Positions 44,173-53,617 are shown, counted from the first letter of the stretch. The stretch is DNA of 64,000 nt from Candidatus Omnitrophota bacterium (GCA_002753465.1 PEAF01000001.1:5455-69454); one strand, 5' to 3'. Notes: generated by a model not told the origin, from the sequence alone. Program-made: numbers and translations.

Positions 44173-46088
44173 ATTAATCCAAAGTAGAAATAACTGAGCA
44201 TTAGCATCAGGAAAATTAATCCTGTAGTGGATGTACTTAGGAAAAAGAAGAAGTTTACGACAATAAAACAATTTCTAAAGAATGGATTATTCAGTTTCGG
44301 GTGATCATACGTCAGTGTTAGAAAATCGATCCTGTTCCAATTCAGGTTAATAAAGCGGTCTTGCTTTTCAATATCCCCGTATAAACGCGAATTAGGGATT
44401 GGTGTGAACAGTGTCAAGGTGGACATCAGGGGCCTGATCTTGGCTGAAGACCATACCAGTTTCCAGAATGTCATAAAGTCATCTGAATCAAATCCGTAAA
44501 GGAACTGCCCTTTGATCTGTATGCCCATTTTCTTAAGTTTTTGGGTCAGGCTGATATAGTCATGCGCCATGGACAGTTTCGGGATCCTGGCAACTTCTTT
44601 TGATCCGGCGAAGATCTCATAGCCGATCAACAACTGTACGCACCCACTGTCTTTGCACAGTTGCAGGGCTTCGGGGTCTTTGGCAATATCAATGCTGCTG
44701 TTGGCATTCCAATGGATCTTCAGAGGGATCAGGCGTTTAAAAAGCTCTTTGGCGTAGGCAGGATCCGAATAAATGTTGTCATCAAGAAAGTTCAGGGTTT
44801 TCTCATAGGTACTGGCTTTTTTGACCAGTTCAATGACAAGATCCAGCGGATGATTGTAATAGCCAATACGCAGATGCCCTGCCCCGCAGAAATTACAATT
44901 GAATTTGCAACCGCGCGTTGTTTCAATTGAACTGGTGATCAATTCCGGTGGTTGGGTTAACAGGAATCGAGTTACTTTATTGTATGCTTCAGGGGTAGGT
45001 TTTCCAGCATAGGTTCTTTTTAAATTGCCTGATTCATAGTCACGGATCAGATCTTCCCAAACACCTTCTACCGGTCCGACAACAACGGTATCACAAAATT
45101 CCAAAGCCTCTTCAGGGAAGGCGGTAACATGAGAACCTCCCATGATGACCTTACTGCCTCTTTTCCGAAATCCTTTGGCGATCCTGTAAGCCTCCATACA
45201 ATTATTGGAAAAGCAGGTAATCCCTACTATGCCGGCAGGTGTGTAATGTTCTTCTTTCCAGGGAATGCGGGTGAATTCTTTAAATTCATAACCGTCAGGG
45301 GTAAGGCCGCGCAGGATGTTAAAGACGTAGGGACGTTTTTCACGAAAAGCGAATGATGAAAGGCTGTAGATCAGGCTGCCTGAGACAGGGTTTATCAGGA
45401 TGATCGTTCTTTCTTTAGGCCAGGAGACGGTTTTAGGAAGGTTCAATTGTTGGATGATCGTCGTAGCCGCGCTTAAGAATATCCAGAAACTTGAGTATTT
45501 CAGAAGAAAAATACCCATGGCATTAAGGGCAACCCATTCTTCAGGAATGAAATAATAGAAAGAATAGACGCTGTAAAAGATCAACGAAGTTATGATAACA
45601 ACGCCCCAGGTAGTGCCTGTGGTCATTTTCTGACGTGCCGCGGTTTCTGAGGGATATTTATGCTCCAGGACTATTTTGACCCACAAGATCGCTACCAATG
45701 GCTGTACAAGCATTTGGACGGTATGGAACGGGGTTGGTGTATTTAATAATAAATAAACAGCAAAATGCAACAGATAAGGTAGTAAGGTCAAACAAACGGC
45801 TGTCTTGAAGAAAGCTTTTTTATTAATGTTGAACGATTTGACCAGGGGCGGAAACTCCTGGCCAGTGGCATGCTCGATCAGGTAGCCATAGGTGAAAGCG
45901 GTTAAAGTTGCTTTCAGCAGGAACATGCCAATGAATTCTGGCCAGGCGAGGATATTGGCCAATGCTTGAGGTAAATGGAAAGCAATGACCGGGCTCCAGG
46001 ATTCAAAGTACGTTAGAACGGCAACGGGCAGAATGAGTTTATTGAGTAAATTGAAGGACTCGCGTAAACGGTCAAATATCTGCCTCAT
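44169..46088 (-). CDS. Membrane-embedded B12-binding-type radical SAM protein, paralog 2
   Basis: About 220 aa of N-terminal TM helices. A Rossmann-like segment (TIILINP...GSKVIMGGSHVTAFPEEALEFCDTVVVGP). Radical SAM motif IETTRGCKFNCNFCGAGHL and a C-terminal TM helix. The ATG at 46088 forms an ATGA overlap with paralog 1. A GTG start at 46094 is also possible. Confidence 0.85.
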   Translation of the reverse strand: MRQIFDRLRESFNLLNKLILPVAVLTYFESWSPVIAFHLPQALANILAWPEFIGMFLLKATLTAFTYGYLIEHATGQEFPPLVKSFNINKKAFFKTAVCLTLLPYLLHFAVYLLLNTPTPFHTVQMLVQPLVAILWVKIVLEHKYPSETAARQKMTTGTTWGVVIITSLIFYSVYSFYYFIPEEWVALNAMGIFLLKYSSFWIFLSAATTIIQQLNLPKTVSWPKERTIILINPVSGSLIYSLSSFAFREKRPYVFNILRGLTPDGYEFKEFTRIPWKEEHYTPAGIVGITCFSNNCMEAYRIAKGFRKRGSKVIMGGSHVTAFPEEALEFCDTVVVGPVEGVWEDLIRDYESGNLKRTYAGKPTPEAYNKVTRFLLTQPPELITSSIETTRGCKFNCNFCGAGHLRIGYYNHPLDLVIELVKKASTYEKTLNFLDDNIYSDPAYAKELFKRLIPLKIHWNANSSIDIAKDPEALQLCKDSGCVQLLIGYEIFAGSKEVARIPKLSMAHDYISLTQKLKKMGIQIKGQFLYGFDSDDFMTFWKLVWSSAKIRPLMSTLTLFTPIPNSRLYGDIEKQDRFINLNWNRIDFLTLTYDHPKLNNPFFRNCFIVVNFFFFLSTSTTGLIFLMLMLSYFYFGLI

Positions 46089-47998
46089 GCCCACCCCATC
46101 GTTATATAGAAAATGGTAAAAACGAGGAGTATTCTGCCGAACCAGGAAGTTGTTGCTACAGAAAAGACGGTGATCAGCATGAATCCGTCACGGAATAAGG
46201 GGTTATTCAGTTTCGGATGTTTGAACATTAACGACATGCCATCCAGTCTATTCCAGTTAAGATTGATGAATCGATCGCTGTTTTCTATGTCCTGATAGAA
46301 ACGTGAGTTAGGTATGGGGGTAAACAGGGATATCCTTGTCGAATTTAATGAAAGTCTGATCATGAAGGCCCATAGTTTCCAGAAGGAAAAGAAATCGTCT
46401 GATTCAAAACCATAAATAAAATTCCCGATAACCGGGATGCCCGCTTTCTTGAGGACGTTGGTCAGTTTAATATAATCCTCCGCCATTGCAAACTTCCCTT
46501 TCCCTGATTCTTTTGAGCCGGGAAAAGTTTCGTATCCGATGGTTAGTCCGACACAGCCACTTGCCTTGCAGAGTTTTATTAATTCCGGGTCTTTGGCAAT
46601 ATCCAGGCTCGCCGAGCTTCTCCAACGGATGTTAAGGGGGCGCAGTCGTTCGAAGAGCTCTTTGGTGTAGGCAGGATTTGAATAGATATTATCATCAATG
46701 AAAACAACTGTCCTGGCGTGTTGGGCCGCTTTACGTGCCAGGGCAATGGTAGTTTCGATCGGATGCTGGTGGTAACCGATCTTAAGATGACCTCCCCCGC
46801 AGAAATAACAATTGAACTTGCATCCACGCGTCGTTTCTAAACAGCGATGGGCAAGATAAGGGGAAGCTTTTTTCAAAAGAAATTCATTCGTTGTGGCGAA
46901 ATCTTTTTCTAGAGGTGGTGCCGCGTATTTCCCGTGCAGTGTTCCCTGCTCGTAGTCGCGGATGATATCTTTCCATATGCTTTCGACAGGACCGATGACG
47001 ACCGCATCACAGAATTCCAGGGCCTCATCGGGGAATGCGGTTACATGCGGCCCCCCCATAACAACCTTACTGCCCTGCTTACGGAACTCCTTGGCGACCT
47101 TATAGGCCAGGATGATATTGGTTGACATGGAAGTTATGGCTACAAGCCGGCCTGACCTGAAGAAATCCTTACGCCAGGCGATCCGGGTATATTCACGGAA
47201 GGAATATTGGACGGGTGTCAGCGCTTTGATGATCGTGAAAACAAAAGGGGTTGAGTGTGTCGCGATCGATACAATGCCCTGGACTATTCCTCCTAATGGT
47301 GGGCTGATAAGGATGATCTCATTTTCAGTTTGATCCGGGTTATTCCGGGAGGGGCTTTCATTGATCATGGTATGAAGGAAGGCCAGGAACATCCAGAAAC
47401 CAGCATATTTCAGGGTAAAGATCGTTAAACTTTTAACCGCATTAAGCTCATCCGGGATGCAGAAATAAAGGCCATATGCCAGGTAAAAGACAATGATAGC
47501 GGCAATAATCGTAAGTAAGGCGGATAAGGATAGATCTTTTGCTAGAAGATCCGGCGCTTTCTTGGCAAGGACCACGCGTAACAGCAGGATCGCTATAACA
47601 GGCTGGCAGACCATTTGGATCGTATGAAAAGGAATGTTTATTTGCATCGGGTTTGATGAAGATATGAATACAATAAAGTGAGCCAGATACGGAAGGCCGC
47701 TCAGGACAAAAGTCAAAATTAAGAAAGAACGTATGTTGTTGAACAAGGCGGCTTTGGTTTGAAAGAGTTCATTCTTTAAAGCGATATCAGCCAGGAAACC
47801 ATAGGCAAACGCGGTTATGAATAACTTTAATGCATTATTGACGATAAATTCCATCCAGGCCAAAGAGGCAACGGTAGATGCCGGGAGGCGGAAGGCAAGT
47901 AAAAGATTAGTTGATTCCAGGAAGCTTAAAGCGACAACAGGCCAAAGCAGTGTATTGAGGGTTTTGGTTGCTTTGAGCAAGTTAGAGACGTTTGGCAC
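46085..47998 (-). CDS. Membrane-embedded B12-binding-type radical SAM protein, paralog 1
   Basis: Same architecture as paralog 2: an N-terminal multi-TM region, EIILISPP...GSKVVMGGPHVTAFPDEALEFCDAVVIGP, LETTRGCKFNCYFCGGGHL and a C-terminal TM helix. The GTG start lies 3 nt after the upstream stop. Confidence 0.85.
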   Translation of the reverse strand: MPNVSNLLKATKTLNTLLWPVVALSFLESTNLLLAFRLPASTVASLAWMEFIVNNALKLFITAFAYGFLADIALKNELFQTKAALFNNIRSFLILTFVLSGLPYLAHFIVFISSSNPMQINIPFHTIQMVCQPVIAILLLRVVLAKKAPDLLAKDLSLSALLTIIAAIIVFYLAYGLYFCIPDELNAVKSLTIFTLKYAGFWMFLAFLHTMINESPSRNNPDQTENEIILISPPLGGIVQGIVSIATHSTPFVFTIIKALTPVQYSFREYTRIAWRKDFFRSGRLVAITSMSTNIILAYKVAKEFRKQGSKVVMGGPHVTAFPDEALEFCDAVVIGPVESIWKDIIRDYEQGTLHGKYAAPPLEKDFATTNEFLLKKASPYLAHRCLETTRGCKFNCYFCGGGHLKIGYHQHPIETTIALARKAAQHARTVVFIDDNIYSNPAYTKELFERLRPLNIRWRSSASLDIAKDPELIKLCKASGCVGLTIGYETFPGSKESGKGKFAMAEDYIKLTNVLKKAGIPVIGNFIYGFESDDFFSFWKLWAFMIRLSLNSTRISLFTPIPNSRFYQDIENSDRFINLNWNRLDGMSLMFKHPKLNNPLFRDGFMLITVFSVATTSWFGRILLVFTIFYITMGWA

Positions 47999-48001
47999 AG
48001 A

Positions 48002-48403
48002 TCAGACCGATGGTACAGATTGACGGATAAATAGGGGTAATGAGAGCTTATTCTGTCCATCGACCGAAAGTTCCAAAGAATACTCCCCCGGCTTGGCTAG
48101 ATTCAGGGATTGAATGTTCAGGATAATATCCGCTGATGAGGACAGCTGATTGTCCGGCATTGTTATGGGGAATGTGCCGGTGGCTGGAGGCAATACATTC
48201 TGTCCGTCGGCGTCAATGAAGCGTACAGACAGTCCGTGGTTGCCTTTTTCAGCAGATGAGAAACGTATTTTTACGGCAACAGCGCAGTGAGGGTACAACG
48301 TCGGGAATTGCCGGACCCAGATCGTATCGAAAGAACCCAGGATATTTATCTTGCCGTGGTCGCTGGTAGCCGCATCGCAGATAGTGAACATTTCGACTTG
48401 CAT
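48002..48403 (-). CDS. Small beta-rich protein, resembles the DUF6941-type family (from memory, unverified)
   Basis: 133 aa. MQVEMFTICDAATSDHGKINILGSFDTIWVRQFPTLYPHCAVAVKIRF.... AAGGAGA lies 5 nt upstream of the ATG. Confidence 0.55.
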   Translation of the reverse strand: MQVEMFTICDAATSDHGKINILGSFDTIWVRQFPTLYPHCAVAVKIRFSSAEKGNHGLSVRFIDADGQNVLPPATGTFPITMPDNQLSSSADIILNIQSLNLAKPGEYSLELSVDGQNKLSLPLFIRQSVPSV

Positions 48404-48413
48404 GTTGATCTCC

Positions 48414-49514
48414 TTAAGGTGACGCTGTAATGATATCTTTTAAGGCCGGGGTCTGTGACAGATTACTATAGTAAAAGAAAACACAGGCCCCTCCTTTTGA
48501 ATCCTGGCAGAGCGATAATTGCTGGACAAAAGATTCCGGGTCCTTTAAAAGTTTGTATACGCCGATCCCTACGTGCACTTTACTGAAATCAGTCACTCTT
48601 TTTTGGGCATCTGAGATGCTTTTGATGAATTCAGGGGTAGTGTCCGGATAGCTCATGATCGTTACATAGTCTACTAACCCTGAGTTGATCCATGACGGCC
48701 AATCCTGGAACGCCTCTTCATAGGCGCGGGTGTAGCTCATGCAACCGGTTGTGGAAACATGAATATCAGGTTTTATAGAATGAGCTTTTCGGGTAAGGAT
48801 TGTAAGCAAGAGAGATACTTGATCTCGTTTCCAGGTTTTCCAAACGGGATCAGTATCACTAATGGTGGCTATTCCTGTTGACCGTTTGAAGCGTTCGATG
48901 TTGGATTTTGTGTACCCGTAAATCGGATGTATATCAGGGTAACGGATATAGTCGAATTGTATGCCATCCAGTTTGGGGTAAGCGGTGACAACTTCTTTCA
49001 CCAGGTCGGTCAGTTCTTTGTGAACGCGCAGGTCCCCCGGTTCAAGGAAATACTGCTCATCGATCTTATAGTCATCCAACGTTTTCTTAGGTGCAAGACT
49101 TCTGGTCAGTATCTCATAGCCATATTTCTTAAGTAAGGGTGCATTGGCATTCTTGGCAAGGCTCAACAGGTTAAGCCAGGCATGTACCTCAATATCGTTA
49201 GCGTGGGCTTGTTTGATCAAAAGGCTCAGAGGGTCTTCACCGACAGATTTGAGCGCATTTTGATAAGGCGATGAGTCCCCTACGTTTGAAGCGAACCAGC
49301 ACATATTTGCGCGGTAGATCTGGATATAAAGTACTTTTATACGCGCTTGTTTTGCGAATAAAATGAGTTTGTTAATTTCTTCACGGTTTGAAAGGACTTG
49401 AGGTTCCTCAATAACGCTGACAAACATTTCCCGGCGATAAGATTCTTTGGCATGGGCAACAGGAATGCTTGTTGCAAAAAGTAAAAGGATTAAGAAGAAA
49501 GGAGCTCTTTTCAT
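48414..49514 (-). CDS. Glycoside-hydrolase-like family 10 (GHL10/DUF187, YngK-like) secreted protein
   Basis: Starts MKRAPFFLILLLFATSIPVAHA (signal peptide). A TIM-barrel-like pattern ..VLYIQIYR...IEVHAWLN...DGIQFDYIRYPD.... The ATG at 49514 forms an ATGA overlap with the upstream gene. Confidence 0.7.
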   Translation of the reverse strand: MKRAPFFLILLLFATSIPVAHAKESYRREMFVSVIEEPQVLSNREEINKLILFAKQARIKVLYIQIYRANMCWFASNVGDSSPYQNALKSVGEDPLSLLIKQAHANDIEVHAWLNLLSLAKNANAPLLKKYGYEILTRSLAPKKTLDDYKIDEQYFLEPGDLRVHKELTDLVKEVVTAYPKLDGIQFDYIRYPDIHPIYGYTKSNIERFKRSTGIATISDTDPVWKTWKRDQVSLLLTILTRKAHSIKPDIHVSTTGCMSYTRAYEEAFQDWPSWINSGLVDYVTIMSYPDTTPEFIKSISDAQKRVTDFSKVHVGIGVYKLLKDPESFVQQLSLCQDSKGGACVFFYYSNLSQTPALKDIITASP

Positions 49515-50029
49515 TTGTTTTTGGTATTCCTGATAGCTTTTCTGCGTTGCATCCAAGACGTTACGGCTAAAGCAATGAGATAGGCCAATACTCCGGCACA
49601 AAGTGATAAAAAAATATATCCCAGAACAATAGGGATAAAGATCTTTTGTGCAGCTCCTTCCATTAACTTAGCCCAATGGAAATCCTGAAATAATAAGATC
49701 CATTCGGCCTTGATACTTTCCGGGGTACTTCCCGATAATTTTGCGCCGATCTGAATAGACATGAAGAAAAATGGGATGGTCACCCATGTATTGGTGATGA
49801 CGCTGCCAAGAATAGCGCTGGCGCGGTTGATGCGCAAAAAGACTGACAGAATGATCGCGGCAATAACGCCAGTAGCTGGTAATATCCCCAAGAAAACACC
49901 AAGACCAAATCCTGCGGCGATCTTATGGGGTGAATCATTGATCCTGAAGATCTTTAAATAAAGCGACTGCAGGCCGCGTAGGGTCTTTTGTGTAATGCTT
50001 TTTTTGTCAATGGGCTGAATGGTTGCCAT
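49511..50029 (-). CDS. DUF2062-family membrane protein
   Basis: 172 aa. SPHKIAAGFGLGVFLGILPATGVIAAIILSVFLRINRASAILGSVITNTWVTIPFF matches the DUF2062 pattern. Confidence 0.75.
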   Translation of the reverse strand: MATIQPIDKKSITQKTLRGLQSLYLKIFRINDSPHKIAAGFGLGVFLGILPATGVIAAIILSVFLRINRASAILGSVITNTWVTIPFFFMSIQIGAKLSGSTPESIKAEWILLFQDFHWAKLMEGAAQKIFIPIVLGYIFLSLCAGVLAYLIALAVTSWMQRRKAIRNTKNK

Positions 50030-50066
50030 TAGCAGTATTTCATTTTACAGGGATGAATGATCAGGA

Positions 50067-50465
50067 TCACTGGGCAGAGGGCGTTAATGGTCCAAGTCTT
50101 TCTTCGATGATATTTATAATGGCCTCAGGATCAACTGGTTTAGTTAAATAATCATTACATCCCAGGCGGTGGGCTTCATCGGAAAGTTTCTTATAGGCAG
50201 TCACGATAATAACCGGTGTTTGTTCAAGCTTATGATGGATTTTTTCAAGATTCCTCATTTCAAAAAGGACTGTCAAACCGTTGATATCAGGCATCCCTAT
50301 GTCTAAAAGGACCAGATCATACGGAGTTGCAGATAAAGCTTCTTTGAATAGCTGCAGACCTACTTTACCGCTATCCGCTTCATCACATTTGATCTGATCA
50401 AGCAGGATCTCCACCAAAAGCTGCCGATTGACAGCGTTATCATCAATAACCAAGGCTCGTTTCAT
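50067..50465 (-). CDS. Single-domain response regulator (REC only)
   Basis: ALVIDDNAVNRQLL...LVLLDIGMPDINGLTV...IIVTAY...DYLTKP. Confidence 0.9.
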   Translation of the reverse strand: MKRALVIDDNAVNRQLLVEILLDQIKCDEADSGKVGLQLFKEALSATPYDLVLLDIGMPDINGLTVLFEMRNLEKIHHKLEQTPVIIVTAYKKLSDEAHRLGCNDYLTKPVDPEAIINIIEERLGPLTPSAQ

Positions 50466-50479
50466 TTATGCTCCAAAGG

Positions 50480-50767
50480 TTAATTGCTGCGAGAATTTCT
50501 TCTCAGGGCGCTGATCCTTGTCGAAATAGAAGATTTAAATATAGATGTGTTTGTGAATCTGTTTGAACGACCAAGACGCTGAAAAGCCATGTTGCTGCGA
50601 TCTAAAAACGCCTTTTTCTTGAATAAATTAGCATTATCACGAGAAAAAATGCTTACCCTTGTACCTGGTGCTCTGGAGCTGTTGATCCGAGCATATGACA
50701 AGGTACACGTATTTAGAAGTAATAAACTTGAAAATATTAATGTTAAGATTAATTTTAAGTTTTTCAT
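50480..50767 (-). CDS. Small secreted protein, unknown function
   Basis: The internal start MKNLKLILTLIFSSLLLLNTCTLSYA looks like a signal peptide. The longer 50824 start would overlap the SUI1 gene. Confidence 0.4.
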   Translation of the reverse strand: MKNLKLILTLIFSSLLLLNTCTLSYARINSSRAPGTRVSIFSRDNANLFKKKAFLDRSNMAFQRLGRSNRFTNTSIFKSSISTRISALRRNSRSN

Positions 50768-50804
50768 AAAACACCTGCCGTTCTCAGTGCGATACATTTT
50801 TAAA

Positions 50805-51194
50805 CTAATATTCTGAAAAATCAATCATACCCAACGCCTTGCGGTGGTCTCCCTGGATCTCAATTATCCCGATATTATTTTCAATGTAGTATGTGCCACC
50901 GCACCCTGTCTTTATTTTAAGACTTTTTGTTAATTTTTGCAGAAATGTTTTATCATTCGGCAATCCGCCAATGATGGTGACTGTTTTGCCTTTTCGCCCG
51001 GATTTCTCGAGGCGGATATGGGGTGTGACACGTAATTTCTTATGCTGTTCGTTTTGCTGTACAGGACAAGTGCACATAGGGATCAGCGCCGCACATTTTG
51101 GACAAAGGCACTCACCTTTTTCATTCTTTGGAAGCATGGAATCAGGAATATCTATCATCTCAGTAATCTTCTTTAGGGATATTGAAATACCCAT
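50805..51194 (-). CDS. SUI1/eIF1-family translation initiation factor-like protein (YciH-like) with a Cys-rich N-terminal extension
   Basis: SUI1 core RLEKSGRKGKTVTIIGGL...LKIKTGCGGTYYIENNIGIIEIQGDHRKAL. The N-terminus carries CLCPKC...CTCP. The start is ambiguous (51194, 51158 or 51137). Confidence 0.8.
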   Translation of the reverse strand: MGISISLKKITEMIDIPDSMLPKNEKGECLCPKCAALIPMCTCPVQQNEQHKKLRVTPHIRLEKSGRKGKTVTIIGGLPNDKTFLQKLTKSLKIKTGCGGTYYIENNIGIIEIQGDHRKALGMIDFSEY

Positions 51195-52407
51195 ATCGTA
51201 GCATCGGAAAGTTTTCTTTTACAGCAACGATCAGATCCTTAATCCCTAACAATCGTGATGAGGATCGCAGGTTCAGTTTTTTAAAATAGCGCTGAGGGTC
51301 ATAATTAAGGTTGCGCCATTGGATCATGTCGGGGTTTGTGGCAGAAAGAAGCCCGTGCAACGCGTTGAACTCATCTTCCCTGTCAGTGAGGCCTGGCATG
51401 GTTAAATAATTCAGGGCAACGAACTTTTTGTGTTTTTTGGCAGTCAGGATCGACCGTTTTACAGCATTGAATGTGTATCCGCGCGGTGCGTAGTAACGGG
51501 TATAAATATGGCTTTGAGCGCTATTAAGGCTTACACGAATACTATCGAGCCCGGCATCGAACAGTAACTCAAGTTCGTTGGTAAGGCTGCCATTGGTATT
51601 CATGTGGATCGTGCCATGCGGGGTTTGAGAACGTATTAGGCGGATAGCCTTTCTGATCGTAGCCGCGGCGAGAAGAGGCTCGCCTTCACAGCCTTGTCCA
51701 AAGCTGACGATGGGCTTTGAAGCGGTTCCGATATGCATGAGGGCGATCTCAGCGATCTCTTCAGGTTTTGGTGTAAATTTGAGGCGTGATTGTGTTGACG
51801 GGCATGAGCCTTTGGCTTGTAGCGAGATGCAGCCTAAACAACGGGCATTGCATCCGGGTGATACCGGCAACGGGCATTCAAGTTTGCCAAGAAAGAAATT
51901 GATCGCATTTGGACATCCGTGGCATTTTGCACAGGATATTAAGTGAGGGATGAGACGGTTTCTAAGTTTACGGAATGAATTGATCTTGCGGTCTACCCTT
52001 CCCCAGTCGGTCAATGTGATATCGTGATTTTTGCGCTTGTCGATATGTACGGCAGGGACGTAGAAAGCATTCTTATAATACGCGACGGGTGTGTAAGCAA
52101 AAAGCGGCAGTAATTCAGCGCCTGCTGTTTCTTTATAGGCCGTTGTAAAGAGCTGCGTGTAGCCTGGGGGCAAGAAGGCGGCAACGGCTAAATGATCATC
52201 AATAGCTTGAAATGAATTTGTTTGAGGGTTAAAGGCGATCGGTTGCCGGTCAGGAAGTAGATAGAGATTGCTGCCTTTAGGCAGAGGGATCAGGTCTTTT
52301 CCAGCCAGGACAGATAAAAAGCTTCCGGCCTGGCCGCAAGCATTAAACTTCGGCATGTCGTAAATTTCTTTATTTTTATCGGCGACAAGGAGGATCGGGT
52401 CAGGCAT
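51160..52407 (-). CDS. Radical SAM protein with an extra CxxCxxC cluster and a ~170-aa N-terminal domain of unknown function
   Basis: CAKCHGC, then the radical SAM motif PGCNARCLGC (CX3CX2C), then FGQGCEGEPLL. 415 aa. Confidence 0.8.
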   Translation of the reverse strand: MPDPILLVADKNKEIYDMPKFNACGQAGSFLSVLAGKDLIPLPKGSNLYLLPDRQPIAFNPQTNSFQAIDDHLAVAAFLPPGYTQLFTTAYKETAGAELLPLFAYTPVAYYKNAFYVPAVHIDKRKNHDITLTDWGRVDRKINSFRKLRNRLIPHLISCAKCHGCPNAINFFLGKLECPLPVSPGCNARCLGCISLQAKGSCPSTQSRLKFTPKPEEIAEIALMHIGTASKPIVSFGQGCEGEPLLAAATIRKAIRLIRSQTPHGTIHMNTNGSLTNELELLFDAGLDSIRVSLNSAQSHIYTRYYAPRGYTFNAVKRSILTAKKHKKFVALNYLTMPGLTDREDEFNALHGLLSATNPDMIQWRNLNYDPQRYFKKLNLRSSSRLLGIKDLIVAVKENFPMLRYGYFNIPKEDY

Positions 52408-52651
52408 GAGGATGAATAGTGTCGTTTGTTTTATTGATTTTATTGATCGTCAGTAACACAGCATAGAAACTTAAGGCAAAACCAGTAAATACAGCGACAG
52501 GCATCGTAAGCGCCGGCATGCCGAACTTTGTAGTCAGAAAGATGCCAGTGAAGTATCCGATAAAAGGACCGGCAAGCAATTCAAAAACGGCTGAGGTTGC
52601 CAGAGCGAACATGCGTATGTTTTTAGCTGTAGGATCTTTTGAGGGCTTCAT
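52400..52651 (-). CDS. AtpZ/AtpI-like small membrane protein
   Basis: 83 aa with two TM helices. ..FELLAGPFIGYFTGIFL.. resembles the ATP synthase gene-1 family. 8-nt overlap with the radical SAM gene. Confidence 0.5.
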   Translation of the reverse strand: MKPSKDPTAKNIRMFALATSAVFELLAGPFIGYFTGIFLTTKFGMPALTMPVAVFTGFALSFYAVLLTINKINKTNDTIHPHA

Positions 52652-52729
52652 ATTTCAGAGTAAGTTCGCCCTATTTTCCAAGGCGCATCAAATATAAATT
52701 TTGAACTTATTGATCATGTGAACAAGAGA

Positions 52730-53107
52730 TCATTTGGCCCATTTATCAATAAATTCTTTTATTTTGTCGAATGTGAAAGGTTTTGAAATATAGTCATTCA
52801 TTCCCATTTCCAGGCATTTTCCGGGTACCCATTCCATAGCGTGTGCTGTTACTGCAATGATCGGGATCTCTTTATTGAACAAGCGGATGGCCGTCGTAGC
52901 TTCATAACCATTCATGATCGGCATACGTATGTCCATGAATATCAAAGAAAAGTCCTCTGTCTTTAAACGGTCGACGGCCTCTTGTCCGTTGGAGACGATC
53001 TCACACGGTTGCTTCAATTCGTCCATGAGGACTTGCATGAGGTATTTATTGTCAGGGTCGTCTTCGGCGATAAGGATCTTTTTCTTCGAGGAAATAGTAT
53101 TTTCCAT
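52730..53107 (-). CDS. Single-domain response regulator (REC only)
   Basis: ILIAEDDPDNKYLM...LIFMDIRMPIMNGYEA...IIAVTAH...DYISKP. Confidence 0.9.
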   Translation of the reverse strand: MENTISSKKKILIAEDDPDNKYLMQVLMDELKQPCEIVSNGQEAVDRLKTEDFSLIFMDIRMPIMNGYEATTAIRLFNKEIPIIAVTAHAMEWVPGKCLEMGMNDYISKPFTFDKIKEFIDKWAK

Positions 53108-53160
53108 GTTATGCCGCCATTTCTTTTGTGGTATTTAGGAAGAAAGACATATTGAAAACC

Positions 53161-53550
53161 TTAGTGTTTCAAATAATGAAGCAATGCGCTGGCTAACTCC
53201 TCAAGAGAAACGGGTTTCATACAACAGCTGTTCATGCCAATGCTCAAGCCGACTTTAAGGTCTTCGATGGTGGCTGATCCCGTTAAGGCTATGATGGGAA
53301 TGTTAGATTTTAACTCGCCCCGGATCACCTTCGTGGCTTCGATCCCACCCATGACAGGCATCTGGAAGTCCATTAAACAGACATCATATTGGTTGGCTTT
53401 GATCTTATTGATGGCTTCGACCCCGTTCAAGGCATAGTCGCCGCTGCAACCTAACACCTCGAAATAAGCTTTCATAAGGTCCAGATTAGGCTTTAGATCA
53501 TCAACAACCAGAACGTGCATTCCTTTGCACAGACCATCAAGATTCTTCAT
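53161..53550 (-). CDS. Single-domain response regulator (REC only)
   Basis: VLVVDDLKPNLDLM...VCLMDFQMPVMGGIEA...IIALTG. Confidence 0.9.
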   Translation of the reverse strand: MKNLDGLCKGMHVLVVDDLKPNLDLMKAYFEVLGCSGDYALNGVEAINKIKANQYDVCLMDFQMPVMGGIEATKVIRGELKSNIPIIALTGSATIEDLKVGLSIGMNSCCMKPVSLEELASALLHYLKH

Positions 53551-53617
53551 AATTTTCTCCTACCCCATCAGTTGTGACTTCAGTGATGCGTCCATCAATG
53601 GTCTATTTCTTTAACAT

